From a virus (lineage: Duplodnaviria > Caudoviricetes), in the IMG/VR virus record IMGVR_UViG_3300021093_000004: a stretch of DNA of 64,000 bases; one strand, given 5' to 3'. Under the pieces are notes generated by a model. It was not told the DNA's origin. It saw only the letters and a program-made list of their open reading frames with translations, and ran no database searches. Both the position numbers and the translations under genes were made by a program. Below are positions 29,019 through 38,631 of this stretch, in pieces; within the stretch, counting starts at the first letter, position 1; the number at the start of each line of letters is the position of its first letter.

Positions 29019-31270
29019 GTTTGGCAATAATTAAAGATTCAGGTTCAAGCAAGCACGGACGTGACGCTGATACTCACGACCTTCTCGATGTGCCGAACAT
29101 TTCGGCACAATACTTCGCTGGGATCAAAAACGAAGATCCTAGTGACGCATTCAAATTGGATGATGAATTTATTTCGAATTACGAAGGTCGCCAACCGAAC
29201 TTCGGATTCAACGGTCTTGGCGAGTTGGTCTTCTACCGGACATACTCGCGTCTCAAAGATGACAACCTCAAGGAAACTTTCTGCGACATGGTGCGTCGGG
29301 TCGTCGAAGGTTGCTACGAAATCCAGAGACGGCACTGCAAACGCTTGCATATTCCGTGGGATTATACCAAGGCGTTGATGTCAGCCCATGAAATGTTCCA
29401 GCGGATTTGGGATTTCAAATTCACGCCTCCGGGTCGTGGTCTTTGGATGATGGGCACACCGTTCATGTGGGAACGTGGTAGTGCCGCGTTGAACAACTGT
29501 GGATTCGTTAGCACGCACGATCTGATCGAATCAGACCCAGCGGAACCATTCTGCTTCTTGATGGATATGTCCATGCTTGGTGTAGGGGTCGGTTTCGACA
29601 CCAAGGGAGCGGGTAAGATTCTGATTCATCTGCCCGCCGATATGCGACGTGTGTATGTCGTCCCAGACTCTCGCGAGGGCTGGGTTGATTCAGTTCGACA
29701 TTTGATTCGCTCTTATACCACCACCGCTGATGAGGGGTCAATTGAATTTGATTATTCACAAATCAGACGAGCGGGGTCCACTATTAAGGGATTTGGTGGA
29801 AAAGCGTCTGGCCCCGGCATTTTGATGGAGCTGCACAAGATCATTCGTGCTCACCTGCACAAAAAGATCGGCAAGACACTATCGAGCGTTGATATCACTG
29901 ATCTGATGAATTATATCGGTCGCTGCGTTGTGGCCGGAAATGTTCGTAGAACGGCAGAAATCGCGTTTGGAGACGCCAATGATGCCGAATATCAATCGAT
30001 GAAGAATTACAAATCAACGCTTTTGCCAGAGGACATCTCGAAATTCGAGGCTGTCACTGGCCGTCTGTGGGCAGATGCTCTCAAAGTCTCAAAAGACAAT
30101 GCCTGCCCACAAGGGTTGTTGCATGATTTTGACGAAACCGGTATCCCGCATGACCGTCTTGCACCGGCGATTGAGACGTGGAATGCGATGAATCATCATC
30201 GTTGGGCATCGAACAATTCGATATTCGCTCATGTTGGTATGGATTATACCAACGTTGCTGAACAAATCGCGGTCAATGGTGAGCCGGGTCTTATCTGGCT
30301 GGATAACGTTCGAGATTTCAGTCGATTGATTGATGGGCGACAGCCGGGAATCGATGGGCGAGTTCTTGGAGCAAATCCGTGCATGGAACAAAGCTTGGAG
30401 AGCTATGAACTCTGCAATCTTGTCGAGACGTTCCCTGCGAATCATGAAAATGCTGAAGATTACATGCGAACTCTGAAATTCGCATATCTTTACGCAAAGA
30501 CCGTCACACTTCTTCCGACTCACAATCCGAGAACCAACCAAGTCACTCTGAGAAATCGTCGTATTGGCTTATCTCAAAGTGGGATCGTCCAAGCGTTTGC
30601 GAAATTTGGACGCCGGGCGGTTCTCAGAGACTTCTGCGATACCGGATACAACGAGATCCGCCGTTGGGATTCAATTTACGCTGAATGGTTGTGTGTCCAA
30701 CGTTCGATCAAGGTCACGTCCGTTAAGCCGAGTGGAACCGTGTCGCTGGTGGTAGGTGCCACTCCTGGCATTCATCATCCGGAAGCCATGACTTATTGGA
30801 GACGGGTTCGCATTGCTCGCGATAGTGTCTTGGTGAAGATTCTCCGGGACGCCGGATATCATATCGAACCGACGATTAGCGATCCGGAACGCACGGTCGT
30901 CGTGAAATTCGCTGTTGATGATCGGCGTGTTCGTCCCGTGCAAGAAGTTTCTATCTGGGAACAGATGGCAAACACTGTTGATTATCAGCGATATTGGGCT
31001 GACAATCAGGTTTCTTGTACTATCAAATTCAAAGCCAGTGAGAAACCTGACATTGCCCGCGTCCTTGAAGCTTACGAAGATCAGTTGAAGGGAATCAGCT
31101 TCCTGCCGATGGAAGACCACGGATACGCTCAAGCTCCGTATGAACCGTGTACGCCCGAAGAAGTTGAAGCGTACAACGCATCTATCAAAGAGGCAGACTA
31201 CGGTGCATACATTCAGGAGGCGGCTGGAAGCTACTTCTGTGATTCTGAAAAATGCGAAATACAGAAGTAA
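29015..31270 (+). CDS. nrdJ: Class II (adenosylcobalamin-dependent) ribonucleoside-triphosphate reductase
   Basis: PPGRGLW, ALNNC, GANPCMEQSL..ELCNLVE, VKPSGTVS and C-terminal CDSEKC redox pair. Confidence 0.93.
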   Translation: MSLAIIKDSGSSKHGRDADTHDLLDVPNISAQYFAGIKNEDPSDAFKLDDEFISNYEGRQPNFGFNGLGELVFYRTYSRLKDDNLKETFCDMVRRVVEGCYEIQRRHCKRLHIPWDYTKALMSAHEMFQRIWDFKFTPPGRGLWMMGTPFMWERGSAALNNCGFVSTHDLIESDPAEPFCFLMDMSMLGVGVGFDTKGAGKILIHLPADMRRVYVVPDSREGWVDSVRHLIRSYTTTADEGSIEFDYSQIRRAGSTIKGFGGKASGPGILMELHKIIRAHLHKKIGKTLSSVDITDLMNYIGRCVVAGNVRRTAEIAFGDANDAEYQSMKNYKSTLLPEDISKFEAVTGRLWADALKVSKDNACPQGLLHDFDETGIPHDRLAPAIETWNAMNHHRWASNNSIFAHVGMDYTNVAEQIAVNGEPGLIWLDNVRDFSRLIDGRQPGIDGRVLGANPCMEQSLESYELCNLVETFPANHENAEDYMRTLKFAYLYAKTVTLLPTHNPRTNQVTLRNRRIGLSQSGIVQAFAKFGRRAVLRDFCDTGYNEIRRWDSIYAEWLCVQRSIKVTSVKPSGTVSLVVGATPGIHHPEAMTYWRRVRIARDSVLVKILRDAGYHIEPTISDPERTVVVKFAVDDRRVRPVQEVSIWEQMANTVDYQRYWADNQVSCTIKFKASEKPDIARVLEAYEDQLKGISFLPMEDHGYAQAPYEPCTPEEVEAYNASIKEADYGAYIQEAAGSYFCDSEKCEIQK

Positions 31271-31289
31271 TGAAGTGTTAACACCGCGA

Positions 31290-32147
31290 TTAATTATGAA
31301 TTTTTTGCAGTGAACGGTTGAGGCGGCGTAAGAAGCTTTCCGCCACACGGCCACCGTCGTCAGCCCATCGCATCATTTCATTGTCATGTTTAAGTTTTTC
31401 TCGTTCTCGCTGTTGTTCTCGCTCTAGTTGCTCTCGATGCTTTTGTTCATATTCTGCAAATCTTTTCTCGTGTCTAGATGTATCTAAATTGTGATTTTTG
31501 ATTACTTCTTTGGCGGCTTCATCGATTTCAACATCAATATGAACACCATAATTATCCCACCATGTTTTGATCGGATCGTCACCGACCGGGCGGAGCTGGC
31601 CGGTATTGAAGTGGTGGGTTTTTGGGGCGGAACCATATTTAGGTATATTTATCCAGCCCTGCAGTTCGCCTTCTCGTGGGTGAAGTGAGAATGAATCTTC
31701 GTCATCTACTATATCATATAATTTTCCGGCGATTTTTATATCTTCACCGGCATTTGCTTTTCTTTCGATTTCAGAATATATATCAGGCAGAAGGTTGTTT
31801 ACGAAAATCGCATCACCATCCCACTTATCAACTCCAAATTTTATGTCACCATATCCAATTTGTTTGGCAATGTTAGCCGCACTAGCGACAGATTTAAATT
31901 GATCTATTAAGGCTGGTTCATACCGGGTAGCATCAGTGCCAGTAAAAATTGTAAACACGCCCCAGGGAAAGCCACGGAATCGTTCCCACTGTGGAATTAA
32001 CTTGTTTACAGCTTGAGCACCAATAGTATTTTTTGCCACAGCTTGAGCTATTGGCGCATTTCCAGAAAGTGCTGCTGCCGCACCGGCCATACTTTTTAAG
32101 AAATTTCGTCTGGTGAATTCAGCTTCAATTATCAGTGATAATTTCAT
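31290..32147 (-). CDS. Hypothetical protein with a twin-arginine (Tat) signal-like N-terminus
   Basis: MKLSLIIEAEFTRRNFLKSMAGAAAALSG. Confidence 0.75.
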   Translation of the reverse strand: MKLSLIIEAEFTRRNFLKSMAGAAAALSGNAPIAQAVAKNTIGAQAVNKLIPQWERFRGFPWGVFTIFTGTDATRYEPALIDQFKSVASAANIAKQIGYGDIKFGVDKWDGDAIFVNNLLPDIYSEIERKANAGEDIKIAGKLYDIVDDEDSFSLHPREGELQGWINIPKYGSAPKTHHFNTGQLRPVGDDPIKTWWDNYGVHIDVEIDEAAKEVIKNHNLDTSRHEKRFAEYEQKHREQLEREQQREREKLKHDNEMMRWADDGGRVAESFLRRLNRSLQKIHN

Positions 32148-32209
32148 GCCATGGGTCCCATGTATAATGTTTGTTTGGTTGATGTTATATTTGCGTATTT
32201 ATATGTCTT

Positions 32210-33829
32210 ATGATAGCTTACGTTGACAATCAATGGATTTATCTTGATCATATTACTGATCCTGAGGATCAGATAATATGGGAAGAATTTAGCGTTTGTA
32301 AGCCGAATGTCTATATCGATCCAGCAATGCGTGGTAATTGGGATGGAATCTATCGCAAATACAATCGGGCTAAAAAGCGAATGGCTCGACCTCTATTGAG
32401 CATGCTTCGAGGAGTGTGTACGAAGCACGGATTGCCGTTGATCATACAAGATCGTCGCCAGCAGTGGGCATACGAGGCTGCAAAGCCAGAAGATATAACC
32501 CCAGACTTCTTGCCAGGTATTAAGCTCGAAGATTATCAAATTCGGGCGATTCAGAAATGTTGCAAGGCTGAGTGCGGAATCATTGATATGCCCACTGGAA
32601 GTGGGAAGGGTGAAGTCATTTGTGGCATTTGCAAAGCGATTCCCTGCCCCACATTGATTCTGGCAGATCAACGAGTGGTTGTGGATCAGTTGAAAAAACG
32701 GCTTGAATTGCGTGATATCGCTGAAGAAGTTGGTTTGTTCTATGCTGGCAAGCGACCGAACGGCGAGATGGTCATAGTTGGGTTGATTCAATCATTGAAT
32801 CCACCAAAAAAGCCGCCAGATGTTCCGATACGAAAGCTTAATGAAACAGATAATGCATTAAACAAACGGCTGCAAAAATGGGATCAATCATACAAAGCAC
32901 ATCAGACTAGGGTGAAGAATGTCAAATTCTTATATTCATATGTCAGAAAGGCTGAGATGATAATTGTCGATGAATGCGACAAAGCCACTTCGGAATCTTA
33001 TAAATCACTGTTCAGACACTATTATAAGGGGCGAAGACGGTACGGATTTTCTGCAACGCCTATCGACCCGGATAAGCCAGTGGAAGCGATGGTGATGCAG
33101 GAGCATCTCGGATCGATTATCGTGAAGGAAACCCGCGATAATGTTCAGAAGCATGGCCGAATCATTCCATGCCATTACAAAATGATGGCATTCGGTCTAG
33201 AGGGAAACATTGATGAAGCTTCGGCTTATGATATGGCGTATGTTGAATGGTTAATCGAAAACCAACGCTTTCATCAGCTTATTACTAGTATCTGCAAGAA
33301 ATATCGGGAAGACGGAACGTTGATTCTTGTGGATCGTAAAGATCTTGGATTCGCATTGGAGAAATCAATTAACGGTCAGGGAATGGAAGCTCACTTCATT
33401 TATGGCGAGACACCAAAGCGTCGCAGAGATGAGATACTGCGGAAGTTTGAAAAGCGAGAGTTCAACGTACTTATTGGTGGTAAAATTATCAATCGTGGAC
33501 TCGATTTGGCAGGAGGCTGTGAGAATCTGATAATTGCTGGAGGAGGTAAACTACAATCCGACTTGATACAAAAAGTCGGACGTGCCCTTCGAAGAAATCA
33601 ACAAGGATATAGCAGGATTTTTGATTTTTTCTTCCGATGCAACAGATATCTCTACAGTCACTCGAAATCCAGATTGAAAGCCATGGTAAATGCCGGATTC
33701 GACGTTCAGGTAATATTCCCCGGTGGTGTCATTGATGGCCGAGAACTCGTTGAAAAGCGACGATTTAGAATCGAACGAAAGTTCTTCTCTAGAGCAACAA
33801 CAGCCCAGCGAACCCTCTTCAACACCTGA
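32210..33829 (+). CDS. Superfamily 2 DNA helicase (UvsW-like)
   Basis: YQ..A, PTGSGKG, VDECD, GFSATP, RGLD and QKVGRALR motifs. Confidence 0.92.
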   Translation: MIAYVDNQWIYLDHITDPEDQIIWEEFSVCKPNVYIDPAMRGNWDGIYRKYNRAKKRMARPLLSMLRGVCTKHGLPLIIQDRRQQWAYEAAKPEDITPDFLPGIKLEDYQIRAIQKCCKAECGIIDMPTGSGKGEVICGICKAIPCPTLILADQRVVVDQLKKRLELRDIAEEVGLFYAGKRPNGEMVIVGLIQSLNPPKKPPDVPIRKLNETDNALNKRLQKWDQSYKAHQTRVKNVKFLYSYVRKAEMIIVDECDKATSESYKSLFRHYYKGRRRYGFSATPIDPDKPVEAMVMQEHLGSIIVKETRDNVQKHGRIIPCHYKMMAFGLEGNIDEASAYDMAYVEWLIENQRFHQLITSICKKYREDGTLILVDRKDLGFALEKSINGQGMEAHFIYGETPKRRRDEILRKFEKREFNVLIGGKIINRGLDLAGGCENLIIAGGGKLQSDLIQKVGRALRRNQQGYSRIFDFFFRCNRYLYSHSKSRLKAMVNAGFDVQVIFPGGVIDGRELVEKRRFRIERKFFSRATTAQRTLFNT

Positions 33830-34718
33830 GGTTCCGCTGCGGAAACTGTATTTCATTAATGAAATAGTCGAATGGCAGCTTACTCAATATTTATGGACCG
33901 GTTGCACCCAAGTTCGATTACGCGACATGATTATGTCGCATGCTACCGAATTGATTCGCCAGATCATTCGTAAGCAAGGCTTGCATACCATCTATCCCGG
34001 CCAGGATGAATCGTCTTTCGGTGATCTTCTTCAGACAGCATGGGTTCAAATTGAACGAACTTTGTACAAGTATCGTTCACGCCCACATTGTCGTAAGTGC
34101 TTCAATTGGGAACGTCCAGCCGAATCGTTATTGTATCAACCGGGCGATCTCGAATATGGAATCAAGACATTAGATGAAGTAGTGGCGATGCACCGGCATT
34201 GCCCAAAGTGCGGAATCAAATTGACCACAACCCCGATTATTGAACCGGTCCAAGGGCGATATGGTGGTTCTGAGACCATTTTGTATCGCGGGATGTCAAA
34301 AGTTTTTAATATGTGGTCTCAGATTGCCAGAACAGTGATTCTTGCCCACATCAAAAAAGAAGGTCGTGACCGAAAGAATTCTGGGTCATATGTTAGTCAT
34401 CTCGGAAATAAGCAGAAGCCCGTCAGCGGAGTGATGGCTAGATTCTTATCAGAAATAAGAGAATTGAATCAGTATGACGATAATCATTTGAAAATCATTG
34501 ATGCATTAGAATACTTGGTTCTGAATGATGACCGTCCATATGATGGTCTTATTGGTAAATTGGTTGACCAGTCTGGTCTATCGCGGGTGATTGTGACGAA
34601 TTTTTTGCATCTTGTGAAGCTACGTAGCTTCGAACTCTCTGATTCGATGCTGAATCGATCTATTGGCGAACCTAAGATCGACAATCGGAAATCGAATGTG
34701 GACTTTGATGAAGAGTAG
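33735..34718 (+). CDS. Phage sigma factor (gp55-like, late) with a Zn-ribbon insert
   Basis: LYFINE..., region-2-like GDLLQTAWVQIERTLYKY and KVFNMWSQIARTVILAHIKKE split by CRKC/CPKC. Confidence 0.6.
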   Translation: MAENSLKSDDLESNESSSLEQQQPSEPSSTPEVPLRKLYFINEIVEWQLTQYLWTGCTQVRLRDMIMSHATELIRQIIRKQGLHTIYPGQDESSFGDLLQTAWVQIERTLYKYRSRPHCRKCFNWERPAESLLYQPGDLEYGIKTLDEVVAMHRHCPKCGIKLTTTPIIEPVQGRYGGSETILYRGMSKVFNMWSQIARTVILAHIKKEGRDRKNSGSYVSHLGNKQKPVSGVMARFLSEIRELNQYDDNHLKIIDALEYLVLNDDRPYDGLIGKLVDQSGLSRVIVTNFLHLVKLRSFELSDSMLNRSIGEPKIDNRKSNVDFDEE

Positions 34719-34759
34719 ACCTCACCAAAAATATTGTAGCTTTTTTGGAGGTGAGGATT

Positions 34760-35353
34760 ATGGCTACAAAGAATTGCCCAGGTTGTAATAAACGATTCGA
34801 GAAAGACGAACCTTATCCTGACGTGTCCATGTGTGAAGTGTGTGAACGCCATGGGCCACCAAAAAATGAGTCGGATGAGTTGCTCAAGGGTATCTTGAAG
34901 AAAATCGATGAAGGTACTGTCACATGTGACGACTTTAATCGACTTATTCAGGAAACCACTCCTGAATCTATTCGCGATCGAATTCGCAGGCGAACTGTTA
35001 AGAATGCGACGAGTTCGCATATCGACAAAGACGGGCATCAACAACTGAAATTGCCAGAATTTAAGAAGAGAATAGCCCCAAAGCGAAAACCGGAGCATCA
35101 ACAGAATCACGGACGCAGTAAGATCGCACATGCACATAGTGCCCGAACGCAACGTCGAACAATGCCGGGCAAGTTCGATGAAGAAATCCAATTCATCGCG
35201 TATAATATTGGTAAGAATCTATCTGAATGTGATTTGTCCAATATAAACCGTCGCCAATTATTATTGGTGTCACGGAAAATGATGGCACTTCCGAACATAA
35301 ATAGAGATTGGTTGTTGGATTTATGTTCACATATCGGAGTGAAACATGGATGA
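34760..35353 (+). CDS. Hypothetical Zn-finger protein (CPGC...CEVC)
   Basis: GAGGA RBS; paired CxxC motifs. Confidence 0.7.
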   Translation: MATKNCPGCNKRFEKDEPYPDVSMCEVCERHGPPKNESDELLKGILKKIDEGTVTCDDFNRLIQETTPESIRDRIRRRTVKNATSSHIDKDGHQQLKLPEFKKRIAPKRKPEHQQNHGRSKIAHAHSARTQRRTMPGKFDEEIQFIAYNIGKNLSECDLSNINRRQLLLVSRKMMALPNINRDWLLDLCSHIGVKHG

Positions 35354-36050
35354 TGATTTACAACATTTGTTAAATCAGTTAGATCCAGAAACTCCTGTCA
35401 TTTCAAAAGCCGCTCCCAAGACTTCACCCAAAGCTTCAAAGGCTTCTTCACAACCTCCGATTGAAGAAGATGAAGAAGTGAGTGATAGTGGAGCAGCATG
35501 GATTGAAGGGGTCATTGACCCGTCTGAATTGATATCTGTCGATCCATCTCAATCCGATTTATCCAAACCCGATGATGCCATTTTATTTCCTACGGACGTT
35601 AGAAATATAGATGATATTGGATCTGATTCGACGACTGCATTTGCAACATTGATGGATACTCCACTGGCACCGGCAGTGCCATCTATCGATCTTCAGAAGT
35701 ATCTCAATCGTCTTGATGGTGTTACTGATGAAATTCTTGGTGCTTGTCGGTCAGATCGACAGGAAGCACAAGATGTGATTCAGATGTTCAGGCAGGAGAT
35801 CGAGCAGGCACTAAATCAAAGTAAAGCTCCGTCTCGCATGTTTATCGATGGATTGGTTAAGGCAGTCGAGGTCAAAGCCAATATCAATATGACGGCAGTC
35901 AAAATGATGGAAGCTAACGCGAAAATGTTGGCTTCAATGAAAGCTACTACCAGCGTCCAAGTCAATAATCAAAATGTAAGTGTGACCGGCAATGACCACG
36001 ACTTGGAGCGAATTCTTGACGAACCTATGAACGCAGATGATGAGTTTTAA
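35346..36050 (+). CDS. Acidic helical protein, candidate terminase small subunit
   Basis: Directly upstream of and coupled to the large terminase; function inferred from position only. Confidence 0.45.
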   Translation: MDDDLQHLLNQLDPETPVISKAAPKTSPKASKASSQPPIEEDEEVSDSGAAWIEGVIDPSELISVDPSQSDLSKPDDAILFPTDVRNIDDIGSDSTTAFATLMDTPLAPAVPSIDLQKYLNRLDGVTDEILGACRSDRQEAQDVIQMFRQEIEQALNQSKAPSRMFIDGLVKAVEVKANINMTAVKMMEANAKMLASMKATTSVQVNNQNVSVTGNDHDLERILDEPMNADDEF

Positions 36051-38026
36051 TGGCAGTAACTGCACAACATAGAGCGATCATCAAAAGATGCCAAAGTTCC
36101 GTGGTATGGTTTCTCCGTACCTACGGTAAATTAAAGCATCCGTCTGCCGGTATTATCCCATTCACCCCATTTTCATATCAACGAAACGCGATTCGAGCGT
36201 TTAGAAAATATCGCCTCAATATTTTCCGCAAATGCCGCCAAGCTGGTGCATCTAAAATTGCTGGAGCATTCGCATTATGGTTTGCGATGTTCCACAATCA
36301 TAAAACTATTCTGATAGTTTCGCGTCGTGATGAGGACGCGATGTCGTTTTTACGAGAACATATTGTATTCCTATTCGGGCATTTGCCAGACTGGATGAAG
36401 GAATTATGGAAACCGGTGAAGCAAAATGAGCATGAAATCATGTTCCCCAATGGGTCAAGAATCCAGAGCTTGACCTCACATCCGGACGTTCTTCGTTCTA
36501 ATGCATCGTCATTGAATATTATTGACGAAGCGGCGTTTATTCAGGGAATGGATTCCATGTGGGCTGGTGGTTGGCCTACTCTGCAACACGGTGGTAATGT
36601 TATAGTCATCAGCACTACGAATGGTGTTGGTAACTGGTATTGGGCAACATGCACCGAAGCGGAAAGCGGATCGAATCAGTTCAATCCCATTGTTATCAAT
36701 TGGTGGGATATGGACTGGGTTATCGAATATTTCGATCCAATCTCGAAAGAACACAAACGAATCGCTCCGCGTGATGGCTTGCGGAAATGCACGACTAAAG
36801 AAGAGATTGTCAAATACGGACAATACTGGTCTCCATGGTTGGAGGAACAGTACCGAGCATTGCAAGCTCGTGGCGAGTCGTGGAAGTTTGAACAGGAAAT
36901 TCTCGCATCGTTTATCGGATCTGGTAATACGGTACTTCCAAAAGAAGTATTGGCACATCTTGCTACAACAGTTCGTGAGCCGGTTCAGCGTGTCAGAGGG
37001 ATGCAGACATACGTGCATCCGGTGACGGGTAATGTTGAAGAACTCAGCTTCGACTTTAATGAACCTGATGAAGGATTATGGATTTGGGCCAAACCGGTGG
37101 TGGCTCGCCCTGAAAAACGTCGCGGCAATGAGATTATTGAGCATAGTTCACCTGCACATCCATATGTGATGGGTGTCGATACCGCAACTGGCAAAGGGAA
37201 GGACTATCATGCTATAGAAATCTTCGATGTTTATACTCGTGAACAAGTGGCTGAGTTTATGGCCCGATGTTTGCCACGAGAATTGATTAAGTATATCGAT
37301 CGAATTGGAAGATGGTATAATTGTGCATTGGCGGTCGTCGAGCGTAATAATGGTGGTGATATTATCATCGACGAACTGCGATATACTGTAATGTATCCAC
37401 GGTTGTGGCGACGCAAAGAAATTAATGATAAGCCGCAACCTCAAGGTCGTGGTAGGAGGCGTGCACGCCCGTTGAAAGTCAGCCCATATGGGTTTTCAAC
37501 ATCGCAGGCAAGTAAACCAACGTTGAATCAGTTTCTATTAAACTGCATTCGTGATAATAACGAAGATGGATATACAATTTATAGCAAGAGATTACTGAAG
37601 GAATTTAACACGTATGTTAGAAAGCGTGATAGATTAGGTCACGATACTTCTAAGACAGAAGCTGAAGAAGGTGCAGGAAACTTCGATGACTTGGTAATCG
37701 CTACTGCATTGGCTCTGTTAGGTACATCGGATGCATTTGTAGTTGATGCGGGCAATCTGACTCCGTTTGGTGGTAATTCTACATTTAAGAGTCAAACTGG
37801 CCCGACCATTCTGTCGGATGAACAATCTGCACATGTGCAAGAAGATTGGGCGGGGAAAGGCGGGGCTGCGTTATTAATGCCTATGGCTTTAGCTCCGACA
37901 GACTTCCCAGAAATTGTAGCACAGCGACACCTCGATTCTTATACGCTTCAACTTGGCGGCATTCCCATCAGCCAGGGTCGCCCGCTTGTCACGCCGCCTA
38001 AATATTTCTACGAGCGTAAAGGTTGA
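36050..38026 (+). CDS. terL: Terminase large subunit (gp17-like)
   Basis: KCRQAGAS Walker A, IIDEAAF Walker B, ISTTNG coupling motif, GVDTATG..DY and DDLVIA nuclease motifs. Confidence 0.95.
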   Translation: MAVTAQHRAIIKRCQSSVVWFLRTYGKLKHPSAGIIPFTPFSYQRNAIRAFRKYRLNIFRKCRQAGASKIAGAFALWFAMFHNHKTILIVSRRDEDAMSFLREHIVFLFGHLPDWMKELWKPVKQNEHEIMFPNGSRIQSLTSHPDVLRSNASSLNIIDEAAFIQGMDSMWAGGWPTLQHGGNVIVISTTNGVGNWYWATCTEAESGSNQFNPIVINWWDMDWVIEYFDPISKEHKRIAPRDGLRKCTTKEEIVKYGQYWSPWLEEQYRALQARGESWKFEQEILASFIGSGNTVLPKEVLAHLATTVREPVQRVRGMQTYVHPVTGNVEELSFDFNEPDEGLWIWAKPVVARPEKRRGNEIIEHSSPAHPYVMGVDTATGKGKDYHAIEIFDVYTREQVAEFMARCLPRELIKYIDRIGRWYNCALAVVERNNGGDIIIDELRYTVMYPRLWRRKEINDKPQPQGRGRRRARPLKVSPYGFSTSQASKPTLNQFLLNCIRDNNEDGYTIYSKRLLKEFNTYVRKRDRLGHDTSKTEAEEGAGNFDDLVIATALALLGTSDAFVVDAGNLTPFGGNSTFKSQTGPTILSDEQSAHVQEDWAGKGGAALLMPMALAPTDFPEIVAQRHLDSYTLQLGGIPISQGRPLVTPPKYFYERKG

Positions 38027-38046
38027 TGTATCAACGGTGGTGGTAG

Positions 38047-38571
38047 CTATTCTTCCGTACCATAGAGCGGTTCTGGTTCGTGGCTTACGGATTTAGTGAA
38101 AACCAACTGTCGGCTTAATGATGTTACAAAGACTGCACACCAATAACGCCCAACTTTCGCGAACCCACAATTTTTATATTTTCTGGCTAGAATGTGTCTA
38201 CGATGTCCGGAAGATGACATCCAACCTTGCATGACTGACGTGACTGTGCTATAACCACGTGCGATATTCTCTCCCATTGCTTGTGGACGATGTCCTTCAT
38301 CCCTGATTCTGCTAGCAACGTTCGAACCACGTGATCCTCTGTGCGACAACAATTCGTTATCGGCCATCCATTTTGCATGCTTCTCTGCGGCTGTAACTAA
38401 CTTACTATCGAGAGTTAATATACTTACACCCGCTTTTGTACGTTCATTGTTGTGAGCGACTAACAATTCTCCAGCAACGGACGTTGGTGTAGGTGGTGGC
38501 AATGGGGGTTGTGGCGGAGTAGGTCGGTTTCGTCTAAATATGTCTCGGAGCCAGTACCAAAAATCGCTCAT
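38047..38571 (-). CDS. CAP/SCP-domain protein with a Pro-rich N-terminal linker
   Basis: HNNERTKAG, AAEKHAKWM, GENIA, WMSSSGHRRHIL. Confidence 0.9.
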   Translation of the reverse strand: MSDFWYWLRDIFRRNRPTPPQPPLPPPTPTSVAGELLVAHNNERTKAGVSILTLDSKLVTAAEKHAKWMADNELLSHRGSRGSNVASRIRDEGHRPQAMGENIARGYSTVTSVMQGWMSSSGHRRHILARKYKNCGFAKVGRYWCAVFVTSLSRQLVFTKSVSHEPEPLYGTEE

Positions 38572-38631
38572 TGTTTTTACCCTCAATGGCACCAATTTCA
38601 GTAAATATAGAATAGATTTTGAGGACCACAT

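Noticed and set aside
30671-35191. Other long antisense ORFs (30671-31354, 34484-35191; also 44588-45139)
   Set aside because: They overlap well-supported genes on the opposite strand and lack motifs or RBS.
29015-38026. Inteins or introns in RNR, helicase or terminase
   Set aside because: No intein splice-junction motifs, homing-endonuclease ORFs or frame breaks seen; lengths are near normal.
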